The position numbers and the translations under genes are program-made. DNA of 64,000 bases. Source: a virus. The stretch lies in the IMG/VR virus record IMGVR_UViG_3300035670_000062, positions 32,001-96,000 of that record; one strand, written 5' to 3'. Each line of letters begins with the position of its first letter. The stretch's first letter is position 1. The notes under the pieces were generated by a model. The model saw only the letters and a list, made by a program, of their open reading frames with translations, had not been told where the DNA came from and searched no databases. Of the stretch, positions 38,501-47,494 are shown in pieces.

Positions 38501-41500
38501 AATAAATGATGACATTACTTCACAATTAGGTTATTTTAATATTGGTGATTATATTGGTGATCCATTAAATAGATTTGATAAATTAAATTCATATACATCA
38601 TTTGATAAATTAAGAGATGGATATTTCTTAAAATATACTCAACCATATAACGTAAATGATTTTATAAGATTAATAAAATATTTTGACAATTCATTATTTA
38701 AATTAATTAAAGATTTTGTTCCTGCTAGAACTAGTTTAGCAAGTGGAGTAACTATTAAACAACATTTACTAGAAAGAAATAAATATCCTCAACCTTCATT
38801 TACTCCTATATCTCAACTACAAGTATCTTCTTCAGTAGAAGATATAGTAATACCTAATGGAGGAACTGGAGGTGTTTTAGAAGATTTTAATTCATTAAAT
38901 ACATCTCCATATGGTTTATCTTCTATGGGATTATCAAATAAATATAAATTGACTCAAAGTTGGGAAGAAACTTTACCTACTCTTTATGGAGATACAGTTA
39001 AAGTTTATACTAATCAAGATGAATTTTACGATGGAGTATTTAAAGGTTCTAATATAACAGTTACTACTCAAAGTCTTGCTCAACCATTCCCACAAAATAT
39101 AACAGCATATGAATATAAAAGAGTTCATTATTTTGGTATAACTAAAAATGATGAAATCGAATTTGAAAATGTTTTTCTTAAAAAACAAACAACACCAAAA
39201 CCAGGTGAAATTCTTTTATACCATAAATCAAGAATAGCATTAGGTAGTGACCCTACAACTTGGGGTTCTTTAGTAAGTGTAATTTATGATACTAAATATT
39301 TAAAAATTTCTAAAACAGATTGTGATTTAAATAATATATCTGTACAATTGGGGCAAGTAAATAAATTAAAAGTCCAACAACAAAATGATAGTTATTTAGA
39401 ATATGAGTTAAATCCATTAAGTGAAGAATTAACATACTATTTATTTGAAATAACCTCACCCACACAATTTACATACCTAGCCCCTGGTCAAATATTTGAT
39501 TATTATGTTTCTGCATCTTTTACTACTCCCCAAACAGGCCCAATATTTGGATTTTCATGGGATACAGTAACAGGAAATGATGCTCATTATGGTACTCCAT
39601 ATTTCGATACTTCAAGTGGTTTATATACATTGGAAAATACTCCTAATACATTATTACAAGTAACAGCATCAATAGAATCAAGTGGTTCAAATGGTGCACT
39701 TGTTTACATTGCTAAATATGTATTTGATTTAAACCAAAACCAATTCATAGGATCTCCAATATCAAATACAGTAAATATACCTGCAGGCCCTTCGGGAATT
39801 GCAAATATGTCTGGGTCTTTAGAATATATTTTAGAAAACGAATATGTAGGTTTAGTTTACTTAAGTGCAGATACAGTTTTAAATGGTAATCTAGAAATAA
39901 ACCAATCAAGAAATAATCCAATTTTAGATGCAGCTACGTTTCCTATAACTTCAAGTTGTAAAAATGTAATATTATCACCTAACATTACATTATATAATTA
40001 TTTTAATAGTAATTTTTATCCATTACAAAATAATGTATCATTAAATTCATTAAATTCTTTTATTAATAAAGTAGATTACTCTTCAGATAGTATAACTCCA
40101 GTTAATTTAACAACTTTACAAGATAATACAGCTACCAAAGCACAAATCCCAGATTCTAATTACACTCAACTTCAAAGTATAAATCCTAGATATATAGGTA
40201 CTAAAAATCAAAGTGAAAAAATTAATGAGTGGACAGATAATGAGGGTATTAATATTGGTAATTATGGAAAAACCCCATCAATTGAATCTAAATATAATTC
40301 TTTAACTTATTGTATAAATGGAGGTGGATTACCACCTGAATATATGGATGCAATTCAACCTAAAATTCAATATTTAATTAAAGATAACGATGAAGTAATA
40401 ACTGCTAATACTAATGAAATATCAATAAGAGATGTTCAAAATATTTTTAGAACAGGTGAATACGTTAAATTAAATTATACATCAAATACAGCTCAAAATA
40501 CAGAAAACTTATATAGAATAATAAGGGGAGGATATAGAGTAGTTCCTATTATGTATAACCAAATAGGCCACTCTCCATCAGCATTTACACAATCTATAGA
40601 ATTTAAAAACATTTTAGGAGGAACAGAAATAGTAAATGATTATATGGTAAAGAAAAAACCAATTGTAAACATAACTTATCCATTAGATCAATCGATAACA
40701 GGTAATGATACTTTTTCTGATTTAAACTTTTTTGAAGTATTATCTAGTGGAAGTGATGTAACTTCTGCTATTACTACAAATTCTTTAAATTATTACGAAA
40801 TATCCTCAGATATCATAAATGACCTTAATATAGAAAGTCTAACATTTTCTACATCAGTACAACTATCATATAACACAGGTCCTCAAGCAAATTGGCAAGT
40901 AGCTATAGCTAGAATAAGAGGAGGAGTAATTACAATTCAAGCATTTAGTACTACTCAATCTGTGGGATCTGGAGTAAAAACATTCACAACAACAATAACA
41001 ATACCTAAATCAGATCTTCAATTAAATGACCGTTTTCAAGTGGGTAGATATAGAGCTAATGGAAGTAATTCAAGTTCAGTAAAATTACTTACTAATACAT
41101 CAACCTTTACTATTTCTCAAACACCACTACCTACACCACCAATATCAACAAATCCTCTTTTCTTTACACAACTATCAACACCAAACACTTTAATTATATT
41201 AAATCAAGATTTTATATCAATATATGGAAATTCTAATATTAAACAAAGAGACATACCAAATTCTGGCTTTTTTCCAATACAAGATAATTTAGAATTTAAA
41301 GCTGGAGATGAAATTAGATTTGAAGGAGACGAAACTAAAACATACATGATACAATCTGTTATATCTTCAACTTTCACATTAATAACAACATTCCCAGCTT
41401 TATATATCACATTAAACAAACCAATTCATAATGTGGGGATAGATGTAAATGAATTTTTAATTAGAAGATTTGTTGAAGATGGAAGTTCTGTTATATTAGC

Positions 41501-41621
41501 ATTAGATGGTAAATCTACACAAGGTGGTCCTTTCTATATGATACCTCAATTCATAACAGATGAATTGGATAATAAATTAGATAAACTTACTATTAATTTA
41601 GTAAGTAAAGGTTTGATATAA
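35586..41621 (+). CDS. large baseplate/tail structural protein (2011 aa)
   Basis: IPEYLRED, YLLNSKGT..GLRALI..YGIP, IKDFVPAR wedge-like motifs; variable C-terminus. Confidence 0.7.
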   Translation: MTTITKLDPSNLLIQEYSSNDTNLINNFDLDFSLSPSSYIELSIFNSNNEILLTNYNYNLYKVINDGQSSLTNNISQIQINPENDLALYSYEQGEFITFYNFLEKKIGAPFETLYIEEISSDRTEVRINTTSLELETFLSQSQKFIDERENSTYFTDFYLNLGSNILLICNNIIIDNDSIIVKLYEPLPISVNIKRELWIVTSINEPEVYLVNFPFTPIEIQDFTFLNGPNFNIPIKDQINNSSPLQSYTDITLSSISSSTNQLNSLLTSQSIEINVDYSDFNDFIHFSSIETRLRNFKSKVELIENYSSSINLVQSTTSSLSTINILQNNISEIINTFDNYEYFLYYDSGSTSSWPKTTTTLPYELAKSNSVQLQTWFGNIDENSPYYGGIILSASFYDNENKDQLLKSIPEYLREDPNNKPYELFIDMIAQHYDNIWLYTKDITQKYNNDNRLDFGISKDVVAEAIKDFGIKIYQNNFSTNDLYTAFLGITPSGSLFPFPNITPTLPALTGEEYIDSFISASNDIIPLDDVNKSLYKRIYHNIPYLLNSKGTIAGLRALITTYGIPDTILKINEFGGKDKVNENDWDLYFNKFNYSYYTQGNNNIITNWGINPQATISYPYPGTVAFRFKAGDIPTTSSQQVLWMTSDSSGTTISKTLILEYTGSGMTSGSYSGSIVDPYNEYGTLKYIIDPDTVNETSCSIYLPFFNDGWWSVMVRQDGFDTDIEYLITEDGDFILTENGDYVINNNHITPPTLGTASLYVGNNIYNGLDGTGIGFIASSSLNDPTISGSWFTGDVSYFTNGFIYNSNLIPSFVGELQEIRYYNIPLGNSRFYDFVMNPLSIEGNSINSSPEHLVFRASLGSELDLITTQTGSSIHPKISYTTPVNSFTNNSEYYFGKVPTFNKNYETYFLDQFPTGLKNRISDKIRIVNNNIPSGSTLSSITNINQTKNQPYTKNSNHLEVTFSPQNEINDDITSQLGYFNIGDYIGDPLNRFDKLNSYTSFDKLRDGYFLKYTQPYNVNDFIRLIKYFDNSLFKLIKDFVPARTSLASGVTIKQHLLERNKYPQPSFTPISQLQVSSSVEDIVIPNGGTGGVLEDFNSLNTSPYGLSSMGLSNKYKLTQSWEETLPTLYGDTVKVYTNQDEFYDGVFKGSNITVTTQSLAQPFPQNITAYEYKRVHYFGITKNDEIEFENVFLKKQTTPKPGEILLYHKSRIALGSDPTTWGSLVSVIYDTKYLKISKTDCDLNNISVQLGQVNKLKVQQQNDSYLEYELNPLSEELTYYLFEITSPTQFTYLAPGQIFDYYVSASFTTPQTGPIFGFSWDTVTGNDAHYGTPYFDTSSGLYTLENTPNTLLQVTASIESSGSNGALVYIAKYVFDLNQNQFIGSPISNTVNIPAGPSGIANMSGSLEYILENEYVGLVYLSADTVLNGNLEINQSRNNPILDAATFPITSSCKNVILSPNITLYNYFNSNFYPLQNNVSLNSLNSFINKVDYSSDSITPVNLTTLQDNTATKAQIPDSNYTQLQSINPRYIGTKNQSEKINEWTDNEGINIGNYGKTPSIESKYNSLTYCINGGGLPPEYMDAIQPKIQYLIKDNDEVITANTNEISIRDVQNIFRTGEYVKLNYTSNTAQNTENLYRIIRGGYRVVPIMYNQIGHSPSAFTQSIEFKNILGGTEIVNDYMVKKKPIVNITYPLDQSITGNDTFSDLNFFEVLSSGSDVTSAITTNSLNYYEISSDIINDLNIESLTFSTSVQLSYNTGPQANWQVAIARIRGGVITIQAFSTTQSVGSGVKTFTTTITIPKSDLQLNDRFQVGRYRANGSNSSSVKLLTNTSTFTISQTPLPTPPISTNPLFFTQLSTPNTLIILNQDFISIYGNSNIKQRDIPNSGFFPIQDNLEFKAGDEIRFEGDETKTYMIQSVISSTFTLITTFPALYITLNKPIHNVGIDVNEFLIRRFVEDGSSVILALDGKSTQGGPFYMIPQFITDELDNKLDKLTINLVSKGLI

Positions 41622-41667
41622 TGAAAAGCTTTCATATATTATATATTTATAATAAAATTACATAAAA

Positions 41668-42333
41668 ATGGGATACTTAAACAATACAGTCCTTAGTATA
41701 GATGCAATTCTTACTAAAAAAGGAAGAGAATTATTGGCAAAAAATGATGGTTCATTTAGAATCACTCAATTTTCATTAGCAGATGATGAAATTGATTATA
41801 CACTTTATAATCCTACACACCCATCAGGGTCTTCATTTTATGGAGAAGCATTAGAGAACATGCCTCTATTAGAAGCATTTCCTGATGAATCTCAAATAAT
41901 GAAATACAAATTAGCAACTCTACCTAGAGGAACAGCAAAACTTCCTGTTTTAGACTTAGGCTACTCAGCTATATCATTAAAACAAGGAGCTTCATTAGCT
42001 ATTACACCACAAACATTAAATTATTTAGGTAATAACAACATATTTGAAACATCAGGTTATTCAGCTACTATAGCAGATGTAAGATTATTAAATACATTTA
42101 ATGGGATAGGTATTAATACAACAACAGCAACAACTCAAAATACTACATCTACAACTACATTAGGAACTAACGTATCATCAACGGTTATAGGTTCTCAAAT
42201 AAATTTAAGAGCAACTACTGTAAATACATTATTTGGTTCAAATACACAATTAAATACAACTATAACATTCATTGGATTAGATAGTGGAGCAAGAATTACT
42301 ATTCCTTTAACAATAATAAAAACAACTAATTAA
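41668..42333 (+). CDS. virion structural protein (tail-collar/fibre-attachment-like)
   Basis: DAILTKKGRELLA...ITQFSLADDEIDY. Confidence 0.6.
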   Translation: MGYLNNTVLSIDAILTKKGRELLAKNDGSFRITQFSLADDEIDYTLYNPTHPSGSSFYGEALENMPLLEAFPDESQIMKYKLATLPRGTAKLPVLDLGYSAISLKQGASLAITPQTLNYLGNNNIFETSGYSATIADVRLLNTFNGIGINTTTATTQNTTSTTTLGTNVSSTVIGSQINLRATTVNTLFGSNTQLNTTITFIGLDSGARITIPLTIIKTTN

Positions 42334-42342
42334 AAATAAACA

Positions 42343-43353
42343 ATGGGATTCAAAAGATTAGAACCAGAAGACATAGTAGTAAGTGCTGACGCAGTACAAT
42401 CAACATTGTGGTCAACAGGACAACCTACATTAACATCATTCTTCACTTCATCAATACAAGCCTTAAGCCCATCAGGTGAATATTATTTAAGCGTATATCA
42501 AACAGCATCAACTGAAGATAATGCAGCAGTACAATTTCAATTATTGTATGCTGATGTTTTAGGGAGTGGAAGTGAATACTATAACTCATCAATCCCAGCT
42601 AATACTCCTTCAAGTACTATATATGGTCAATATAGATCTTTAATATTAGAAGACGAAAATGCTGAATTTTATTTTGGTGATTCTAATAATATAGTAACAG
42701 GAAGTCATTTTTGGGTAATATCAGTAGATAGAGCAAGATACAAAGAAAAATTATTTCCCTTTACTTTTAATATGACTTTATCTGGGTCTGGAGGTGAATT
42801 ACATTTAACCAATAACTCAGCTGAAACAACAACTCAGACATTTATTGGTTCAAATAGAGTGTACCAAATAGTTTCAGGTTCAAATGGTATATCTAATTCA
42901 GGAAGTGGATACTCAGTTTCAAATGGTTCTTATGGTTTATTTTTCCCAGATATTGCTACATTATTATTAAATCCTCAAGCTGTATCTGAATCAATAGGAG
43001 TAGTAGCAAACAGAACAGCTAATTTAACAAATGGTACTAATCAAGCTACAATATTCGATAGTATAAAATTAGGAGCATCATTCCAATTAAATTCAGAAGA
43101 AACTATTACAGCAGATTATATATTTGTGAGAGCAAGAAATTCAGAATTTAATTATTCAATGAATCCTTCGTATATAGCTGGTTCAACTGGAGAATTGATT
43201 TATTCTAATTTTATTAATAATCCTCAAACATATATTACTACAGTTGGGTTATATAATGATGCTAATGAATTATTGGCAGTTGCTAAATTATCTAGACCTA
43301 TAATAAAAGACTTCACAAAAGAAATTCTTTTAACTACAAAACTTAGTTTCTAA
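42343..43353 (+). CDS. virion structural protein
   Basis: C-terminal YITTVGLYNDANELLAVAKLSRP, paralogous to the next gene. Confidence 0.65.
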   Translation: MGFKRLEPEDIVVSADAVQSTLWSTGQPTLTSFFTSSIQALSPSGEYYLSVYQTASTEDNAAVQFQLLYADVLGSGSEYYNSSIPANTPSSTIYGQYRSLILEDENAEFYFGDSNNIVTGSHFWVISVDRARYKEKLFPFTFNMTLSGSGGELHLTNNSAETTTQTFIGSNRVYQIVSGSNGISNSGSGYSVSNGSYGLFFPDIATLLLNPQAVSESIGVVANRTANLTNGTNQATIFDSIKLGASFQLNSEETITADYIFVRARNSEFNYSMNPSYIAGSTGELIYSNFINNPQTYITTVGLYNDANELLAVAKLSRPIIKDFTKEILLTTKLSF

Positions 43354-43371
43354 CTCAATAATTAAACAAAA

Positions 43372-44268
43372 ATGAGTGTATTTAAACCTTTTCTATCATC
43401 TGATATAATTCTAGTCCCCTTTGAAGTAAATAAAGAACATACTTATAGTGGATCTTCAGAATTAATCCAAGATGAAATAGAAAGATATTTAGGTGTAAAT
43501 ATAAACTCAACCATTTATATATCAGGTTCAAACCAAACAGGAGTAAATACTCCATTTAGTCAAGAATTAATATATAATTCCATAAAACAATTATATTATA
43601 CTAATTTCATTAATTCTCCATCATCATCAGAAGCTTTTACTTCATCTATCCAATTAGATGGAACTATAACAGGTTCAGGTGGTACTCAACAACCAATGTA
43701 TGATAATTATTTATCAAGTACTTTACTCCCATACAGAAATTTTCCTAAATCAGTAAATGATAATATTTCTATTATTTCAATTCCATCTAATATATTTGGA
43801 GAAAAAATAGAACCTAGTACAGTTACAATTAATTTTACTTCTTCTTCAATAGAATATAATATAACTGATGATGGAGAAGGAAATATGATTTATAGTGGAA
43901 GTAATGTAGGTAATATAATATATGAACATGGTTTAATAATTTTAAATATAGATAATCAAACCAATCAAGAAATAATATCATCAAATAATTTATATTTGAA
44001 CTTTAAAGGTGCTATTACTATATATGAAAACCAATTTAAATGCACTATAAGAGAAAATGAATTTAATTTCTCAAATAACCCAACCTTATTATCTGGGTCT
44101 GGAGGTGATATGTATGAATTTGCTACTAAAGAATATTTCTCACCTTATATTACTACAGTTGGATTATATAATAATAACAAAGAATTAATAGCAGTAGCTA
44201 AATTGGCTCAACCTTTACCATCCCCAAACTCAACAGATATTAATATATTAATTAATTTAGATATGTAA
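43372..44268 (+). CDS. virion structural protein (paralog of previous gene)
   Basis: C-terminal YITTVGLYNNNKELIAVAKLAQP. Confidence 0.65.
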   Translation: MSVFKPFLSSDIILVPFEVNKEHTYSGSSELIQDEIERYLGVNINSTIYISGSNQTGVNTPFSQELIYNSIKQLYYTNFINSPSSSEAFTSSIQLDGTITGSGGTQQPMYDNYLSSTLLPYRNFPKSVNDNISIISIPSNIFGEKIEPSTVTINFTSSSIEYNITDDGEGNMIYSGSNVGNIIYEHGLIILNIDNQTNQEIISSNNLYLNFKGAITIYENQFKCTIRENEFNFSNNPTLLSGSGGDMYEFATKEYFSPYITTVGLYNNNKELIAVAKLAQPLPSPNSTDINILINLDM

Positions 44269-44269
44269 T

Positions 44270-44490
44270 ATGGTTGAAATAATAGGTAATAATGAATATA
44301 ATTTCCATTTGCAATAAATCTAAATTTAATGTTTTTTGCTACTAAGGATTCTAATAGATTATTGTCAGCAACTGACATTGACTCAACCGATGGTCAAATA
44401 ATCTGGTCATTTAACGGAACAGACGCACCAGAAAGAGGCTGGAGAGTACATAATACTCAAATAAAGGGGGGAATGGGATTTATTGGTTAA
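44270..44490 (+). pseudogene. possible frameshifted small gene
   Basis: ATG 44270 frame stops after 15 codons, but a shifted frame from ~44302 runs open to TAA at 44490. Confidence 0.35.
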
Positions 44491-44518
44491 GTAAATAACT
44501 CAACATATTTATAATAAA

Positions 44519-44977
44519 ATGATAGATCAAAATAAATGGATATATAGAAAAAGTAATATAATTAGTTTAGATGATTTTGGTAATAATACTCCATTTGGTT
44601 TTATATATATTACAACACATAACCCAACAGGTAAAAAATATTTAGGTAAAAAGTCATTATTTCATACTTTAAATAAAAAATTAGGTAAAAAAGAATTAGC
44701 TGAACAACCTATTACTAGAGGTAGAAATAAATTAACTAAAAAAATAATTAAAGAATCTGATTGGTTAAATTATTATGGTTCTGAAGAATTCATTAAACAA
44801 AAAATTAAAGAAAAATGTCAACATGAATTCCATAGAGAAATTGTAGATATAGCGTTAAATAAAAAACATTTGACTTATCTTGAAACTAAACATTTATTTA
44901 TAAATAATGTATTAGAAAGCGATAAATGGTTAAATTCAAATATTCTTGGAAAATTTTATAAAAATGATTTTAATTAA
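44519..44977 (+). CDS. GIY-YIG-like nuclease
   Basis: GFIYITTHNPTGKKYLGKK...SDWLNYYGS...F.REI...E. Confidence 0.75.
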   Translation: MIDQNKWIYRKSNIISLDDFGNNTPFGFIYITTHNPTGKKYLGKKSLFHTLNKKLGKKELAEQPITRGRNKLTKKIIKESDWLNYYGSEEFIKQKIKEKCQHEFHREIVDIALNKKHLTYLETKHLFINNVLESDKWLNSNILGKFYKNDFN

Positions 44978-45000
44978 GCTTGGTTATTCAAGCTTTTTTT
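44976..45000 (+). terminator. intrinsic terminator overlapping a possible promoter
   Basis: AAGCTTGG-ttat-TCAAGCTT followed by T tract. Confidence 0.6.
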
Positions 45001-45014
45001 ATTACATTTAAGTT

Positions 45015-45959
45015 ATGGTTATAAATGAAATGCTAGTTAATTTAGTTAATTCTATTTTAGGTGATGGAAAGAGAACATCTAAAGGTAACATTGCCTATAA
45101 ATGTCCTAAATGTCATCATCATAATAATAAATTAGAAATTAATTTTGATGAATCTTCAAAAAATTATCAATCCTACCAATGTTGGGTTTGTGGTTTTAAA
45201 GGTAAAAAAATATCTCCATTATTTAGATTAATTAATCCCCCAAAAGATAAATTTGATGAACTATATAGATTAACAAAAACAAAACCATCATCATTATACT
45301 TAAATACTACAGAACCAGAAAAAAAACCTATATCTTTACCTAAAGAATTTATTACATTATCAAAACCTTCATCAAGTATAGAATATAAAAAAGCTTACAA
45401 ATATATTAAATCAAGAAATATAACAGATGAAGATATCATAAAATATAATTTAGGATATTGTGAGTCTGGTATATATAAAAATATGATTATAATTCCTTCA
45501 TATAATGAAGATGGAAATCTTAATTTTTTCACATCAAGATCATATGAAAAAGAGGCATTTAGAAAATATATCAACCCTGATTATTCAAGAAATATAGTCC
45601 CATTTGATAATCTAATCAATTGGAATTCACCTGTAATATTATGTGAAGGTGTGTTTGATGCTATTGCTATAAAAAGAAATGCTATACCACTTTTAGGTAA
45701 AAATATACAAAATGAATTATTAAAAAAAATAATTTCATCAAATATAAAACATATTTACATTGCATTAGATGATGATGCGAAAGAAAAATCAATAAAATAT
45801 TGTGAATATTTTTTAAATCAAGGAATAAAACCATATTTAATAGAATTAGATGGGAAAGACCCAAGTGAAATAGGATTCAAAAATTTCACCAATTTAATAC
45901 AAACATCAAAACCTCTTAATACATATAGTATAATAGAGAAAAAAATCTCACTTTTATGA
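45015..45959 (+). CDS. DNA primase (zinc finger + TOPRIM)
   Basis: CPKC...CWVC; LCEGVFDA; ALDDDA; KDPSE. Confidence 0.9.
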   Translation: MVINEMLVNLVNSILGDGKRTSKGNIAYKCPKCHHHNNKLEINFDESSKNYQSYQCWVCGFKGKKISPLFRLINPPKDKFDELYRLTKTKPSSLYLNTTEPEKKPISLPKEFITLSKPSSSIEYKKAYKYIKSRNITDEDIIKYNLGYCESGIYKNMIIIPSYNEDGNLNFFTSRSYEKEAFRKYINPDYSRNIVPFDNLINWNSPVILCEGVFDAIAIKRNAIPLLGKNIQNELLKKIISSNIKHIYIALDDDAKEKSIKYCEYFLNQGIKPYLIELDGKDPSEIGFKNFTNLIQTSKPLNTYSIIEKKISLL

Positions 45960-46726
45960 GTAAATTTAAAAACAAAAAATACAAAAGAATCTTAGAAATA
46001 TCCGAGGATGCTAAAAGGATAACACTCCCAGATTCTAGGTATTACCGAAGAAATGGAGAATATTATCCATCTATAACTTATGTTTTATCATCATATCCAA
46101 AGGGTACACATTTTGAAGATTGGTTAAAGAAAGTAGGATATGCTTCTGAACATATAATGAGAAAATCTGGTGATGAAGGTACTCAAGTTCATAATATGAT
46201 TGAAGAATATTTAGAAGGTAAAGAATTAAATTTTTTAACTGCATTTGGTGACCCTCAATACTCACCAGATGTATGGCAAATGTTCTTAAAATTCACAGAA
46301 TGGTGGGAACAATATAAACCTACATTAATCGAAACAGAAGTACATTTATTTTCAGATGAACTAAAGGTAGCTGGAACTTGTGATATTATATGTGAAGTAG
46401 ATGGTGAACTTTGGGTTGTAGATTTTAAAACATCAAATAACTTACATACCTCATATGAATTACAAGCAGCATTTTATGGTAAATGTTATGAAGAATGTTT
46501 TGGTAAAAAAATAGATAGATTTGGTTTATTATGGTTAAAATCTAATAAACGAAAACCATCTAAAGGAAAAATACAAGGAAGAGGATGGGAAATGTATGAA
46601 TCAGAAAGAACATTTGAGGAAAATATAGATATATTGAAAACTGTAAAAAAATTATTCGACTTAGAAAATCCCTCACATAACCCTATATTTACTGAATTCA
46701 AAACATCAGTTAAAAGAACTCACTAA
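45956..46726 (+). CDS. PD-(D/E)XK exonuclease
   Basis: YPSITYVL, GTQVH, E...AGTCD...VDFKTS, QAAFY. Confidence 0.88.
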   Translation: MSKFKNKKYKRILEISEDAKRITLPDSRYYRRNGEYYPSITYVLSSYPKGTHFEDWLKKVGYASEHIMRKSGDEGTQVHNMIEEYLEGKELNFLTAFGDPQYSPDVWQMFLKFTEWWEQYKPTLIETEVHLFSDELKVAGTCDIICEVDGELWVVDFKTSNNLHTSYELQAAFYGKCYEECFGKKIDRFGLLWLKSNKRKPSKGKIQGRGWEMYESERTFEENIDILKTVKKLFDLENPSHNPIFTEFKTSVKRTH

Positions 46727-46741
46727 TAAGTATTTATTATC

Positions 46742-47494
46742 ATGATATCATTAATAAAACCATATAAAGAATTAAATAAAAAACCTAAAGCCATATTCAT
46801 GGCAGGACCTCCTGGTTCAGGTAAATCATTTATATTAAATAAATTTTCAATACCATCTAAATTCCAAGTAATTAATGTAGATGATATTTATGAAGAATTA
46901 CTTAAAACTCAAATAGGTAAAATGGATTTGAAAAAAATGAATCTTGATGAATTATCTAAAACAGGGGAATTAATGAATCAAGCTAGAAAACAGACAAAAG
47001 AAAAAGAAGAAGATTTATTAATACAAAAACAAAATGTTGTAATTGATGGAGTTGGTGCATCATCAAAAAACTTATTAGAAAAGAAAAAATATATTGAATC
47101 ATTAGGTTATGAAACTTTTATGATTTTAGTTTATGTATCTCCTATAGTATCCTTAGAAAGAAACCTAAAAAGAGATAGACAACTACCAACCAGAGCAGTA
47201 TTGGATAGTTGGGTTAAAGTAATAAATAATATTGATACATATAAAAACGAATTTAAGAATAATATAATAATAATTAACAACAACCCTTCAGAAATAACTC
47301 CATTAGATATTGATACTATATTTAACCAATACCCAGACCCAGAAGGTAAAGAGAAAACACCTGAAGAAATAGAAAAAAGAAATAAACTAAAACAATCTAT
47401 AATAGATAATATAAAAGTTTTAATAAAAAAAGAACAATCTTTTACACCTGATTCTCAAATCCAACCTAAAATCAATGAGTTCATTAGTCAATAA
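46742..47494 (+). CDS. P-loop kinase (zeta toxin/AAA_33-like)
   Basis: MAGPPGSGKS, INVDD, VVIDG, SLERNLKRDR. Confidence 0.8.
   Translation: MISLIKPYKELNKKPKAIFMAGPPGSGKSFILNKFSIPSKFQVINVDDIYEELLKTQIGKMDLKKMNLDELSKTGELMNQARKQTKEKEEDLLIQKQNVVIDGVGASSKNLLEKKKYIESLGYETFMILVYVSPIVSLERNLKRDRQLPTRAVLDSWVKVINNIDTYKNEFKNNIIIINNNPSEITPLDIDTIFNQYPDPEGKEKTPEEIEKRNKLKQSIIDNIKVLIKKEQSFTPDSQIQPKINEFISQ

Noticed and set aside
46742-47494. Zeta toxin-antitoxin system
   Set aside because: Only a generic P-loop kinase signature is visible, and no antitoxin partner is identifiable
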